A DNA stretch of 64,000 bases from Mytilus edulis (taxonomy: Eukaryota), in the NCBI RefSeq assembly GCF_963676685.1, contig NC_092346.1:31806001-31870000 (forward strand). The letters are read 5' to 3'. Of the stretch, positions 51,960 through 64,000 are shown piece by piece. The translations under genes and the position numbers were made by a program. Within the stretch, counting starts at the first letter, position 1, and every line of letters starts with the position of its first letter. The notes beneath the pieces were generated by a model. That model was not told the origin of the DNA and searched no databases. It saw nothing but the letters and a program-made list of their open reading frames with translations.

Positions 51960-54900
51960 CATCATATTATTGTTAGACTCGTTATTGATCCACGTGTTAT
52001 TAGTTCATGTATTATGGTTAAAATCATGATTAGTAATAGTTTTATCGTGTTATCGTTAGATGTGTCATTAGTCATTATGTTATTGTTAAAATCGTGATAT
52101 TAGTCGATGTCTTATTGATAGAATGATGATGTTCTTTATAACCTTTTTGTTAAAATCATGATAAGTCAGTATGTTAGTATTTGAATAGTTTTTGTGACTA
52201 TTCTGTTGTTGTTAGTACATCGATTGTCATTACACTTTGTTGTTAGTACATCGATTGTCATTACACTTTGTTGTTAGTACATCGATTGTCATTACACTTT
52301 GTTGTCAAATTGGTCATTTTGTTATTGTCAAATTAGTCGTTTTGTTATTGTCAAATTCGTCGTTTTGTTATTGTCGGATTTGTATCGCGCGGCAAAATGC
52401 AAGATGACTCGTTATTCATGTTCTTATTAACAAATGTATATTGGGTATAACCATGTCATCGACCATTAAGTTGTTGTTAGATTATCGCCAGCCATTTTAT
52501 ATATCTATAAATTATTACACATTCAACACACTGGTCATAGCGTTATTTTTTCAAAAATTAGTTGACCATTATAGACGAGGAAAGATTCATCGGTCATTGT
52601 CAGACTTGCTATTGATACTTATATATCAGATTTAGAATTAACGATGTGTGAACTACGGTAAATACAATGGTATTTTCATATTTTCAAATTTTTTATTGCT
52701 GTGTTTTGTAACGTTATAATCATTATCGGCTAGGTTAAGATGTTACTGTTAGATCTACCGTTGGCCATTCTGTTATTGTCATATTTATAACTGATTATAG
52801 CCCAAATGTCAGATTTGTAACTGATTATCGGCCCTTTTTTCAGATTAATAACTGATTATCGCCATGTTGTCAGATTTGTAACTGATTATCGTCCCTTTTG
52901 TCAGATTTGTAACTGGATATCGTCTTATTGTCAGATTTATAACTTCTTTTTATGTTATTGTTAGATTTATGCTTGAGTATTTTGGTACGTCAAAATTATT
53001 GTTGGTTAGTGTAATACTGTCAGGTATGTCGTTCGTCAATATACTAGTAAAATTGTCAGAATAATAACTGCTCATTGTGCGTTTGTCCAATTTATAATCC
53101 CTCACTTTGTAAAGTTTACTCCGGTATGTCATTCCATATTGGTCATTGTGTTGTTGTCAGATATATCGCTGGCAAATATGTGCTATTGCCACCTTGGTAG
53201 CAGGTTATTATACTTTCATAAGAATTATAACCACTGTTTATGCTAATTGATTACTAGTATATATTCCTTTGTATTTTGGTGCGTCCTTTGTCAGGTGGGT
53301 TCGTACTTTTATTAGATATATCGATCATTGGTTATTTCAAAGTAGATTTAATATCGGTCATTATCGCATTGGCATATTTAAGTTAGTCATTGTGTTAATG
53401 TCAGCTTTACGTTAGTCATTGTGTGAATTCTCTAGGTTTGTCATTGTGTTAATGTCAGAATTAAGTTGGTCATTGTGTTTTAATGTCAGATTTGAAATGA
53501 TAATTGTATTAATGTTTTGAGGTGATCATGGCGGTATGGCAGCTTTAAGTTGTTCATTGTGTTAATGTTTTAAGTTTGTCATTGTGTTAATGATAAACTT
53601 TACTGATTGACATATAGTTGCATTTTGTTTTTGGCTGCTTCCATTTACAACTGCACCATTTTGCTGTTTGCAACTGTTCAATTGCCCGTTGTTTAATAGC
53701 AGCTTTAATGTTGCTCATTGTGTTGTTTGCAGCTGTGTCACTGCCCATTTTTTGTTGGCTGCCTTATCATTGATCTTTGTATTATCTGCAGCTTACTATT
53801 GCCAGTTGTGTAATGGCATCAATTGCTTTCCTCGTTGTGTTGTTTGAAGCTGTGTCAATTGTTCATTTTATGTTTGCCGCATTATCATTGCTTATTGTGT
53901 TGTTTGCAGCTGTACCATTGTTCACTATGTGTCGGCAGATTGAACATTGCTCATGTTTTGTTTGTAGCTGTTCCAGTGTTCATTATAAACATGAAGTTTT
54001 ATCGTTCCTCATTGTGTTATGGACAGATCTGCAATTGCTCATTATGTGTCGGCAGATTAATCATTGCTGAATATGTTGTTTGCAGCAGTTCCATTTCTCA
54101 TTTTGTGTAGGCAACATTTTTGTTGTTCATTGTGTTGTTTGCAGCTGTACTATCGACTGTTGTTTAATGGAAGCTTTTACATTCCTCATTGTTTTTTTGT
54201 AGCTGTACCATTGTTCATGTTACGTTGACAGAATTATCATTGCTTTTTTGTGTTTTGCAGCTGTACCATTGCTCTTTATATGTTGGCAGATTTATTATTG
54301 CTAAAAATGCAGGTTTGCCGTTGTTAATTTTGTGTTCACAGGTTCATCATTATTCTTTGTTTTGTGTGCAGCAGTGTCATTGCTCGTTTTGTATAGGCCG
54401 TTGTTTCATTGTTCGTTTCGTGTTCGCAGATGTATCGTTGCTCTTTATGTAATTGCATCTTTATCATTGCTCATTTTATTGATTGTTGCTATACCATTTT
54501 CTTCTTTGCTGGTGGTCTATATTATTGGTGATCGTTCATTGTGTTGTTTACAGCTGTATCATTGCTCATTTTGAATTGGCAGTTTGTCATAGCTGATTGT
54601 GTTTTTGTGGCTTTAACATTGCTCACTGTGTGTTGGTACTTTTTTATTGTTCGTTTTGTTGTATGCAGTTGTACAATTGCTCATAAAGTAATGACAGATT
54701 AATCATTGCTCGTTGTATTTTGCCAGATCTACCATCGGTCATTTTATGTTGGCAGCCTTATCATTGTGCAATGTGTTGTATGCAGCTATGTCAATTCTGA
54801 TTGTGTAATGGCAGCTTTATCATTGCTCAATGTGTTGTTTGCAATTGTCATTTGTATCAAATCTCATCGTGTTGGAGACATCAATATAATTGATCATTGT

Positions 54901-55005
54901 GATGTTGGTAACTACAACAATGTTAATTGCTTTATAGCTGATTATTGGTTCGTTTATCTGCTATAATATTGTTCGTTGTGCTTTCTTGCAATTTTTCATT
55001 GCAAA
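51960..55005. repeat. Decayed ~30-31-bp tandem repeats of several subtypes
   Basis: 31-bp x3 at 52206-52305; gtcagatttgtaactgattatcg units at 52780-52940; gtcattgtgttaatgtcag units at 53385-53600; cattgctcattgtgttgtttgcagct units at 53600-55000. Confidence 0.75.
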
Positions 55006-55971
55006 TGATAAATAAAGCCAACAGTAGTATACCGCTGTTAAATAGTCATAAATCGATTGAGAGAAAACAAATCCGGGTTACAAACTAAAACAGAGGGAAA
55101 CACATCAACTATAAGAGGCAAACAACGAAACAACAGAAACATTGAAATGCAACAACAAACGAACGACAATGCAAAACACACAGAAACGAACTATAAGATA
55201 ACAAATGTCATTTTCCTGACTTGGTACAGGACATTTTTATAACAAAATGGTGGGTTTAAACCTCGTTTTGTTGCTAGCCCAACCTGCTTTTATGGCAATG
55301 TTAAATATACCACTAAAATGACAGCATTACATGACAGGATTACAGTACAAATAAATGCAAAAACAATCAGGACAGAATAATACACAAATAAACAATATAA
55401 TAGAACATTTCGACATGGTCCACAGAATAATAACGAATACGTAAAACAACCTAGGACAGCACACGAAAAACAGAACCACGAACTGACCGTCACACATCTG
55501 TATCAACACCACACAAGTGACGTTACACGATATTTAAAAAAAAAAAAAGATATAAATCAAGATTAGGTTTGTAATTATGTTATTTGATATATTTTATAAC
55601 AATTGCAATGTACAAGAATATTTAATATAGAATTGTGTTAGTAATAAGTTAATTAACTGTATTAAATAGCTATGTTGGTATTTTTTCTAAATCAAACTGT
55701 AAAACAAACAAAACCTTTATCATATATGCATGGCTCGTTGTTCTTTTTTTATACTTATAGTCGTGCTCATTGAGACGTCATTATGTTTCTAGCAAATATA
55801 CCAAACATATCAAACTAATTTTGCTGGTTTAGTGTACCATTATCTACCTTAGGAAATGTCTGTATCAAGCCAGAACTATGACAGTTATTTTACATTAGTT
55901 TGATGAGTTTGAAAATTTGATTTTGCAATTTGATGAGGATCTTTCATTTTTGAATTTTCCTTAGAGTTTGG

Positions 55972-56180
55972 TATTTTTGTTATTTACTTTTGTTAGTAGT
56001 TCTATGATTGGTCGTTGTGTTATTTTTGTTATTTACTCTTGTTAGTAGTTCTATGATTGGTCGTTGTGTTATTTTTGTTATTTACTCTTGTTAGTAGTTC
56101 TATGATTGGTCGGTGTGTTATTTTTGTTATTTACTCTTGTTAGTAGTTCTATGATTGGTCGTTGTGTTATTTTTGTTATT
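55972..56180. repeat. 49-bp tandem repeat x4
   Basis: tatttact at 55981, 56030, 56079 and 56128. Confidence 0.93.
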
Positions 56181-59100
56181 GTTTTGTGTTGAGTTTGCTG
56201 CATCATTGAAGTGTTATTACTGCTTGCAATTTCTTTTGCGTGTTGTTCTATCCTTTTTGGTCGTTGAGTGTTGTAGGTGCAACATTTCGTAATAAAGTGT
56301 TGTCAGTTTTTTTATTCACTGAAATCCTGCATTGTATATTCGGTTTTAATGGTACGGTGCATCTTTGAACGTTACTCGTCTGATATACAGATCTACTCCT
56401 TCTGTTTAAGAAGGTTAGTTATCATTCATCTTTATTTTTCGACGTATCTTTGCTTATTGTATTGTTAACAAATTTTGTCTTTGTTCGTTTAATATTTTGG
56501 CAGATTCTGTTTTGTTCGCTGAGTAATTAGCAGATTTATCTTTCTTCAGTAAGTTGTTAGCAGATTAATCACTGCTTCAATGATATTGGCAGAACCATGT
56601 GAGTTCATTGTTCATTGTGTTGCTTGTATGTTCACACATTAACCGTTGTTTTAAGGAGTTATCCATATAAAGATAGGATGATGTGGTATGATAGTCCATA
56701 TGACAACTACCCACTTGGGTTATACAGTGCACTCTAAAAGATAACAACACCACGCACTAACAGGCATTTTGACACAACTATCCATCATATTGTTCCTTTC
56801 TTGCCGATTTCTTTTTAACGAAATAATGATATGAATAAAAGGAAAGTGTGTTTGTTAAGGGCCAGTTGAAGGCGCGGCATTTTCTCATTGGTGTCCTTCT
56901 GTCCTTGTGTTCTGTTCTTTGGTCGGGTTGTTGTCTCTTTTATACATTCCCTGTTTCCGTTCTCGTTTTTATTGGACTGCAAATAGAATCGTATATTATA
57001 TTAGAAGATTCGATAACTGTTTTGCTTTTGTTTTTGTAGAACCATTGTTTTCACGTTGCCATTAAAACATAATCTAAGCTTACGGATCCCGAGCAAATTT
57101 GCCATTTCTTGTGTTGCTATGCATATAGATCCGTTTTCTTTACAGTTTTCCTCTTGTCATAGGCGGAGTGTATTTTATTGCTTTCAAATAGTTGAAATGA
57201 TTTTAGTTTGATTAAGTTATTTATACAATCATAAAAATTACTTTTATTTGAGGGATGGACGTAACTTAAAGCAAAACCTCTGTTATCCAGGGTTTTTTGA
57301 CAGCGTGCTGATCGTCATTGAATATTTTTGTAGACTTCAATCATTCATATATTTATCAACCAAAGTATACGACATTGGAAGACTAGAATTCCTCAAACTT
57401 AATCAACAAATAAGACAAGAAATGCAAAAGCAAAATAATAAATAATGAACAGAAAGATTTCGAAATAAAAACCTCAAGCTCTTGTGAGACAGACTTCGCT
57501 TACTGAGACCAATGCGTCCACTTTATTAAAACTTCCCTATCAAACTAAGAACTTTGTCATGGCAATTAATTGGAATTTATTATTGGTTATTTTGATTTTT
57601 CTATATTATTTAAGCGGCTTTGACTTGTTCTTTCGCACTTGCTGTTGTCCGCAGCTTTTCTGTAGCACTATATGTTGCTAGGTAGAGCTAATATGTATAC
57701 TCAAAGTTTGTTTTTAACGGGCCAATTGTCCAACTGGGAGCTCTATATCTTGCTATCGGATTAAATCTTTAGATACGCGCTTTCTTTGTTCGTTTTTACC
57801 TAAGCTTTGGTTGATATGAGGTCAGACTTGTGCCTCGATCTAAAATGAGGTCGTCTACTAGAATTGGTTTAGTTTTTTATGGACCAACGTTTTCAGCTAT
57901 AGTCAGTGATGCCAGTGATGTTGCTTCACATCACACACAAGTTAGCTCCTTCTGTTCTGAAATTCAAGTTTTTAGCATAAGAAATAGATACATTTTGTGA
58001 CCTGTTTTATTTATCTATTTAAGAAAATATTTATCTAATAAATTATTTATTTATTTATTGTCTTTTTTTTCATTTTTTTTTTCTTCTACTTTTTTTTCAA
58101 TTTTCTTGCTTTTAAACTAATTGTTCATATAATTATTCATTTAGTTATTTTTATTCATTTATTTCACTTTCTTTAACTAATTCTTTATATATCTATTTAG
58201 AAATTTATATATTTATTTATTTATTTTCATTTTGATGTTCAGTGGTTTGGTCCTAGACATTCTTGTATCATAAATTTTTGGACGTTAGCGTTAAACAATA
58301 AATTATCTTTGTTCAATATGTTGTAACCTCCGTTTAATTTACACATCAAAGTGTCGTCTGTTCAATGGTGTTCAATTCTTAAACGTCAACAAATCTTTTT
58401 TTCAAATCTAAACCTTTTTTAATTTGATGACGTGTATCATAAGTATTTAATTTAATCAGATAACTTGGAGTGATAAAAGAAACAAGAAAAGGACCGATTC
58501 AAATCGGAAGTTTATAAATACTACTTTGAATTTTGATATTTGGTCGGTTATAGTGTACAGTGGGTGCAGACGGGCTATAAAAATACCTAGGCGTTTATAA
58601 TTAGTTATGCTGCATGGCGATGACTGAATGTGCTTAGCACCATTTTTAATTTTCAATGCAAATGACAACTTTCATAAAGAGATGTTTATCATGTAACGAT
58701 ATGCGATAAGGTGTATCATTTTCAAAGCTTCGATTTAAAAACGTTATTAACGAAAGGTTTTAATTTTCCCTGCTTCGGGTCTTTTTTTTTTTAATTATTT
58801 GATCAAATCTATAATGAGTTTTTGGGAAATAAAGTTTGTATATGATTTTGATAAGGGAGATCAATCATCGACGCTTGTTTTGGTTCTTTGAGATGGGTAC
58901 CGAAAGTAAAGTAAATAAACATTCGGGACTGATCTACTCAGTAATCTAAGGCCAAACGTGTGGTTTTCTTGGTTTTGCATCAGGTTTTTAATGATCTCCA
59001 AAAAGGAAAAAAAGGAAATTGAGTAAAAGTAAAATGCGGGGTTTTTTAAGAACATATTTGAAATTTAGTGATATGTTTATGTCCTGGACTGATTTTAAAG

Positions 59101-62100
59101 TGCACGAAAAAGGAAAAATAACAAAAATACCGAACCTCAAGGAAATCCAAATCGGAAAGTCCCTTATCAAATGGTAAAATCCATAGCTCAAACAGTCAAA
59201 CGAAATATGGAAAAAAACCTCATATTCCTGACTTGATATGTAGAAACTTTTAGATTAAAACTGGTTTTATAGCTAGCTAAACCTCTCACTTCTATGACAT
59301 TCGCTTAAGGTAGATCATAAGTATATACTTTTGGAGACCGATTTTTCTTATAATTATCAAAAATGAAGATTTTAATAAAGGCTTTTTTTTCTCAAAAATA
59401 TGATAAAAAAGAATGAGTCGCCGCGCTATTTTTCAAGCTTATGAGTCGTTGAAAATTGCCTAAATTTGGTTAGATTGTTCATGTAAAAACCCATTTATGT
59501 GCATGAAAAATTGAATGATGTCGTCAGAACTGTTCGCTATTGACGACAAAATATTACGGAATCGTCTGCAAAGTCCAGCAATGTCGGACATATATAAATA
59601 AGTTCTGTAAAACCCGTTTCTCGATCACGTCCAATTTTATTCAAATTGATTTAACATAACTCGTAAACAAAACTAAACAAAAAACTGAAGTATTTCATAT
59701 AGGTAAACACGTAGACCTGGTGTCTATATCACTTTCATCCGTTTTAGTAAAGTTACTTACTAAAGAGTATATAATTTACTTATGTTAATACTCGCTGATC
59801 ATTTATAGGGCTGGAAATGTACTATTAATAAAAGCAACAGTAGTATACCGCGGTTCGAAAGTCATAAATCGATTGAAAGAAAAAACAAATCCGGGTTACA
59901 AACGGCTTAAACCGAGAGAAACACATCAAATATAAGATGAAAATAACGAAACAACAGAAACACTGAAGTGTACAAAAAACAAACGACAATGCAACATACA
60001 CAGAAACGAACTATAAGATAACAACTGCTCTTTTCCTTGATATAGGACATTTTAAGAAAAAAATGTTGGGTTGAACCTAGTTTTGTGGCTAGCTCGAACT
60101 TTTATGAAAACTGGTCAATTTATTTAATGTTATTGATAGACATCATCAGTATAGGTCCATAGAAACAGAACAATATAGAAACAATTTCCAGTTTAACACA
60201 GATAGTTCACTGATAGAGCTGCGATGAGGTGGAAGATATACATCATGTTTTTCTTCATTGTCATTTCAATGAACAATCAGCAGAACGAAAAGATATTTTT
60301 AGAGAACTTATAAATAGAATGATAATAATAAATAATTTTGACGCAAGTTGTCCCGATACACAAAATCTAAAACTCTTAACCCGAAATAAAACCCTTCTTA
60401 TAGGCTAGCTGTCTCTGATTTTATAAATCAATTATTCACGTCATTCGGACTTTGGTAGATATTTGTGTCATTGCAATTACTGTAAAATCAACCTTTTTTC
60501 GCGATTAGAAATATAACGCGCATATAAATCGTAGCGAAAATGTCAAATTGCTGCTGTAGAAAGGTCTTAACGCAAAATAAAATAAACGCGAAAATAAGTT
60601 GGTTTACATGTATACCACATCTCCTTATTTTTATTTATGTTCACATCTGTGTACCAAAAGTTTATTTTTTCTCATATTTATCTTATAGTTTTGTTTGTTT
60701 TTTGTTTGTTTGTGTGTTTTCTTGTTTATGTTTCTATTTCGTTGTCTTCGTGTCTTTTTAGCCTTGGCCAATGTAGGGGTGAATGTAGGAGAATAAATAA
60801 ATAGAATTATTTTTCTTTTTTCTATATGTGTACATAATTATGAAGTGTAATGTATTGAATAAATAAAGAAATCTTATGTTTTAATACACAAAAAAATAGT
60901 TCTACACAATGTTGAACGGTTTGCTCTACTGTCAGTAAGTTGGGCTTAGACTATACATAGAAAAATATGAAAAAAACACTTTATAAATTTCATGCGTCCG
61001 AAGTGCCTTTTTTACATTTACCTTCAAAGCTGAATAGTTGAAAGCTCAGCTAAATAAATAAACATATATATACATGTAATAGAAAAATATTATATGTATT
61101 TAGAATGAATTTTAGGTTTATATTGATAATAAAAAAAAAATACAATTAAATACATAATATATTTTTCATCGCGTATGTTTCATAAAAATGTTATATTTTA
61201 TAATAAAAATTGTAAGCACGTTTCTGTCATGAACTGTAAATATATTAAATGATGTTAATTCAATAGAAGACAAAGTTACCTCAGGAACAAAGGAAAGAAT
61301 TTACAATTTACATTTTTGATATTTTATATTAAAATAAATATTTTATTGGGAACATTTGTATGCTTTAATCCTCCCAACAATATCCTGTTTGTTCGGTATT
61401 ATTCTGTTACAAGAAAATTTACTTTGCGAATTGTCACTCATAATTATCTTCTAACCCTTCTCTTATTTTCATTCCTATGTCCGTGTGTGTTGCATCCTAT
61501 TAGATTTTTTCCTTCAGAAATTCACTTTGTATTTTGTTTCCGATCTTGTTTCAATTTTAAGGAACAAAAGTGATTACAGGTCCGTGGTTGGTGTTTAAAG
61601 TAATAAGAATACATTTGTCATGGAAAAAATATGTTGACCCGGCAAAAACGGATCATCGCTATATTGATTCTTTCGAATTTTTAAGAAACGAATTTCTGAG
61701 ATACTTCTGAATATTGTATTTTCTTGCCTTTTTCTTTTTAGCAACAACAAAAAGTAACATATGCCATGAATTTTATTCCCCCAATTTGCTAATTAATTCT
61801 TCTAGGCTATATTTATTTTCAGTAATCTGTCAAATAGGCTCAAATCACTTAGAACAATTCGCAGACGCCTTTTTGCAGTTGGATTTGAAGGAACCAAATT
61901 TTTCGGTTTGATGAAGTTTAATTATCTCTCTATATTAGAAGCTATAATTTCCCAGCTTCAGCTTGTTACCGATACAATTAAATTATATCTTTGAATGTAA
62001 AACACATCAAAACTTGACAACATACATGTGAACATTTTTACAGTCGAGTGAGCTCACTCGGAGATGGAATATTAACTTGACATGTCCTTGTCCAAGAGAA

Positions 62101-63165
62101 CAAGACATACTTCTGCAAAATACTAGGTCCATTTTCTTCGTCTTAATTTGCAATTTTACAAATTGCTACGAAGAATAGATAAAAAATTAGCGCCCACGGT
62201 CAATATGTTAATTTTAAGCAAAAATTATAAGACTTGTCTGATGAAATTAACGACATTTTGAGGTACATGACAGCTGTATCGTCTTCAAATTTTCAATGCA
62301 TTAAAATGTTGCGCTTTTTTTTGTATTTTACAGATTTTTATTTATTTTTGAACATTTATAAATTATTACTCCCTTATCGAAAATTAAATTAAAATTTTTT
62401 AAGTGTTGTCATTACCATCCCATTAAATAATTTAACTTATTGCAAACCTGTTACCAAAGTTCAAATCTGAGAATTAAAAAATGCCTGATATTCAACATAA
62501 AAGATAATTTAATTATAAAATGAGATAAAATATTTGGTCGCGGTCGCTTTTGAGTCACCGATAATGTCCTCGTAAGAGGGATCTTTGCAGGAAATTACAG
62601 ATATATCTCTGATAAGAACACGACAAAGTGTTGATAAGAATTTGAAGCAAGAAATTAAAGGGTCACAAAATGTCACCCTGCCTCAGAAAATTGCCTCCGT
62701 GTAATTTTTATGTTGCACTGGCTGATAGCCATGGACATTATTTCTGTTGCATTACATATTGATCATGGACAATATACAAAGGGAGATAACACACTTGTAA
62801 TATCGTGGACGTTACTGTTGATAGATACGCTGGAGTTGTCGTTGATAGGCTTTAAAAATATCATTTCTTCTATTAAAATGATAAAAGATACTATAGCTGA
62901 AGTAGTAAGTACTTCGGCACTGACATGATTTTAACAAACCTTTCTAAAATTGTCCATTAATGCAAAATTTTGAATTTATAAGAAACTAAGGTAGATAAGT
63001 TTTGATATATTTTCTAGGTCCCTCTTTGGTCATATAGCTCTTCAAATGTTTATGTCTTTATATATTCATGACTTTCAAATATTCGGCTTTCAGCATTCCC
63101 GATGAAAGTAAATCAACAAAAGCGCATGGATGTTTGAGAAGCTGATATCTGAATATACCATTATA

Positions 63166-63618
63166 TCGTCGCTGGGCTTCTAAAATGTTGTAAATTACAA
63201 ATTTTTCAATAAAAAAATATCTCACAAACAGGCTTTGAAAATTTTGGTAAAATGCATGCTTCCAAAATGTCGTATGTGAACTTGAACATTTTTGTAAATA
63301 GCAGTGAAATAAAAACTTTGACATTTCTGGATTATCCAAGAACTTAAACTATTTTTACAGAAATAAAGAAATGTACAATTATTTTTTCCCAAAGCCATTC
63401 TACAACGATTTTCAAGTTTTCATACAACATTATGGAAGCAAACTTTACAAACAAATGACATTGGCAATTTTGTAATATGTCTTATTTCACACATTTTGAT
63501 TGGTCTAACTGTATGCTATTTTGGTATACCAAAGATTTCCTCCCGCCGAGACCATTGATGTCAAGAAGTATTTTTAGCCAAAAAAGTCATATACGACATT
63601 TTAGAAGCCCAGCGACGA
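63166..63618. mobile_element. MITE with TIRs and TA flanks
   Basis: tcgtcgctgggcttctaaaatgt / acattttagaagcccagcgacga. Confidence 0.8.
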
Positions 63619-64000
63619 TATGGAACATTTCAGTTTGATATTAGACAAGGGATGGTTTCCTTTAAAATAGTGTAAGATAATCTAAGGAAATAGAAGTTTC
63701 TCAGATACGGGGCTCAGATACTTCACAAAAATGAATTTAATGTAGTTAGGTCCTATTTGCTTATATAGCTTCAACTGTTTAAGCTTTATACATTCATAGC
63801 TTTCAAGTATTCGATTTTGAGCGTTCCTTGATGAAGGTAAATTAAGAAAAGCACTTTGGACGCATGCACTGTCTAACGTATTATTTAAAAAAAAGAAAAA
63901 GAAAAAAATGTTTATAAGATCTGAGAAAACTTGCAGTAACTAAGCATGTTTTATATTTGTACGTTCTATATGTGTAGTTCCAAAGTTACCCTTTAATTCA

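Noticed and set aside
53777-54966. Cys-rich hydrophobic ORFs resembling membrane proteins
   Set aside because: They are translations of decayed TG-rich ~30-bp repeats and overlap in multiple frames.
56600-62900. Further GCN2 exons or other genes
   Set aside because: No kinase C-lobe motifs (YIQME, HRDLKP, DFG) or convincing exons were recognised by eye. Small exons could have been missed.

Overview
AT-rich, repeat-dense metazoan DNA. It is very likely a bivalve, and the repeat families resemble those of Mytilus (inference). The window is built around a direct duplication. The last three coding exons and 3'UTR of a Meis/homothorax TALE homeobox gene, followed by a 74-bp VNTR and a 30-bp satellite, occur twice (about 124-13476 and about 37565-48150). 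Between the copies lies a 23-kb, nine-exon internal fragment of the eIF2-alpha kinase GCN2 (EIF2AK4): pseudokinase domain plus kinase N-lobe, with two frameshifts and no visible 5' or 3' part. An intact intronless B-box/coiled-coil/beta-propeller (TRIM-like) gene is nested antisense in its first intron. The introns are filled with nested non-autonomous Helentron-like elements, MITEs, a LINE fragment and a SINE. The right third is gene-free. It holds a series of related ~30-32-bp tandem repeats and a complete retrozyme unit (two minimal type I hammerhead ribozymes 355 nt apart), with further decayed hammerheads across the window. All calls are by eye; no database searches were run.
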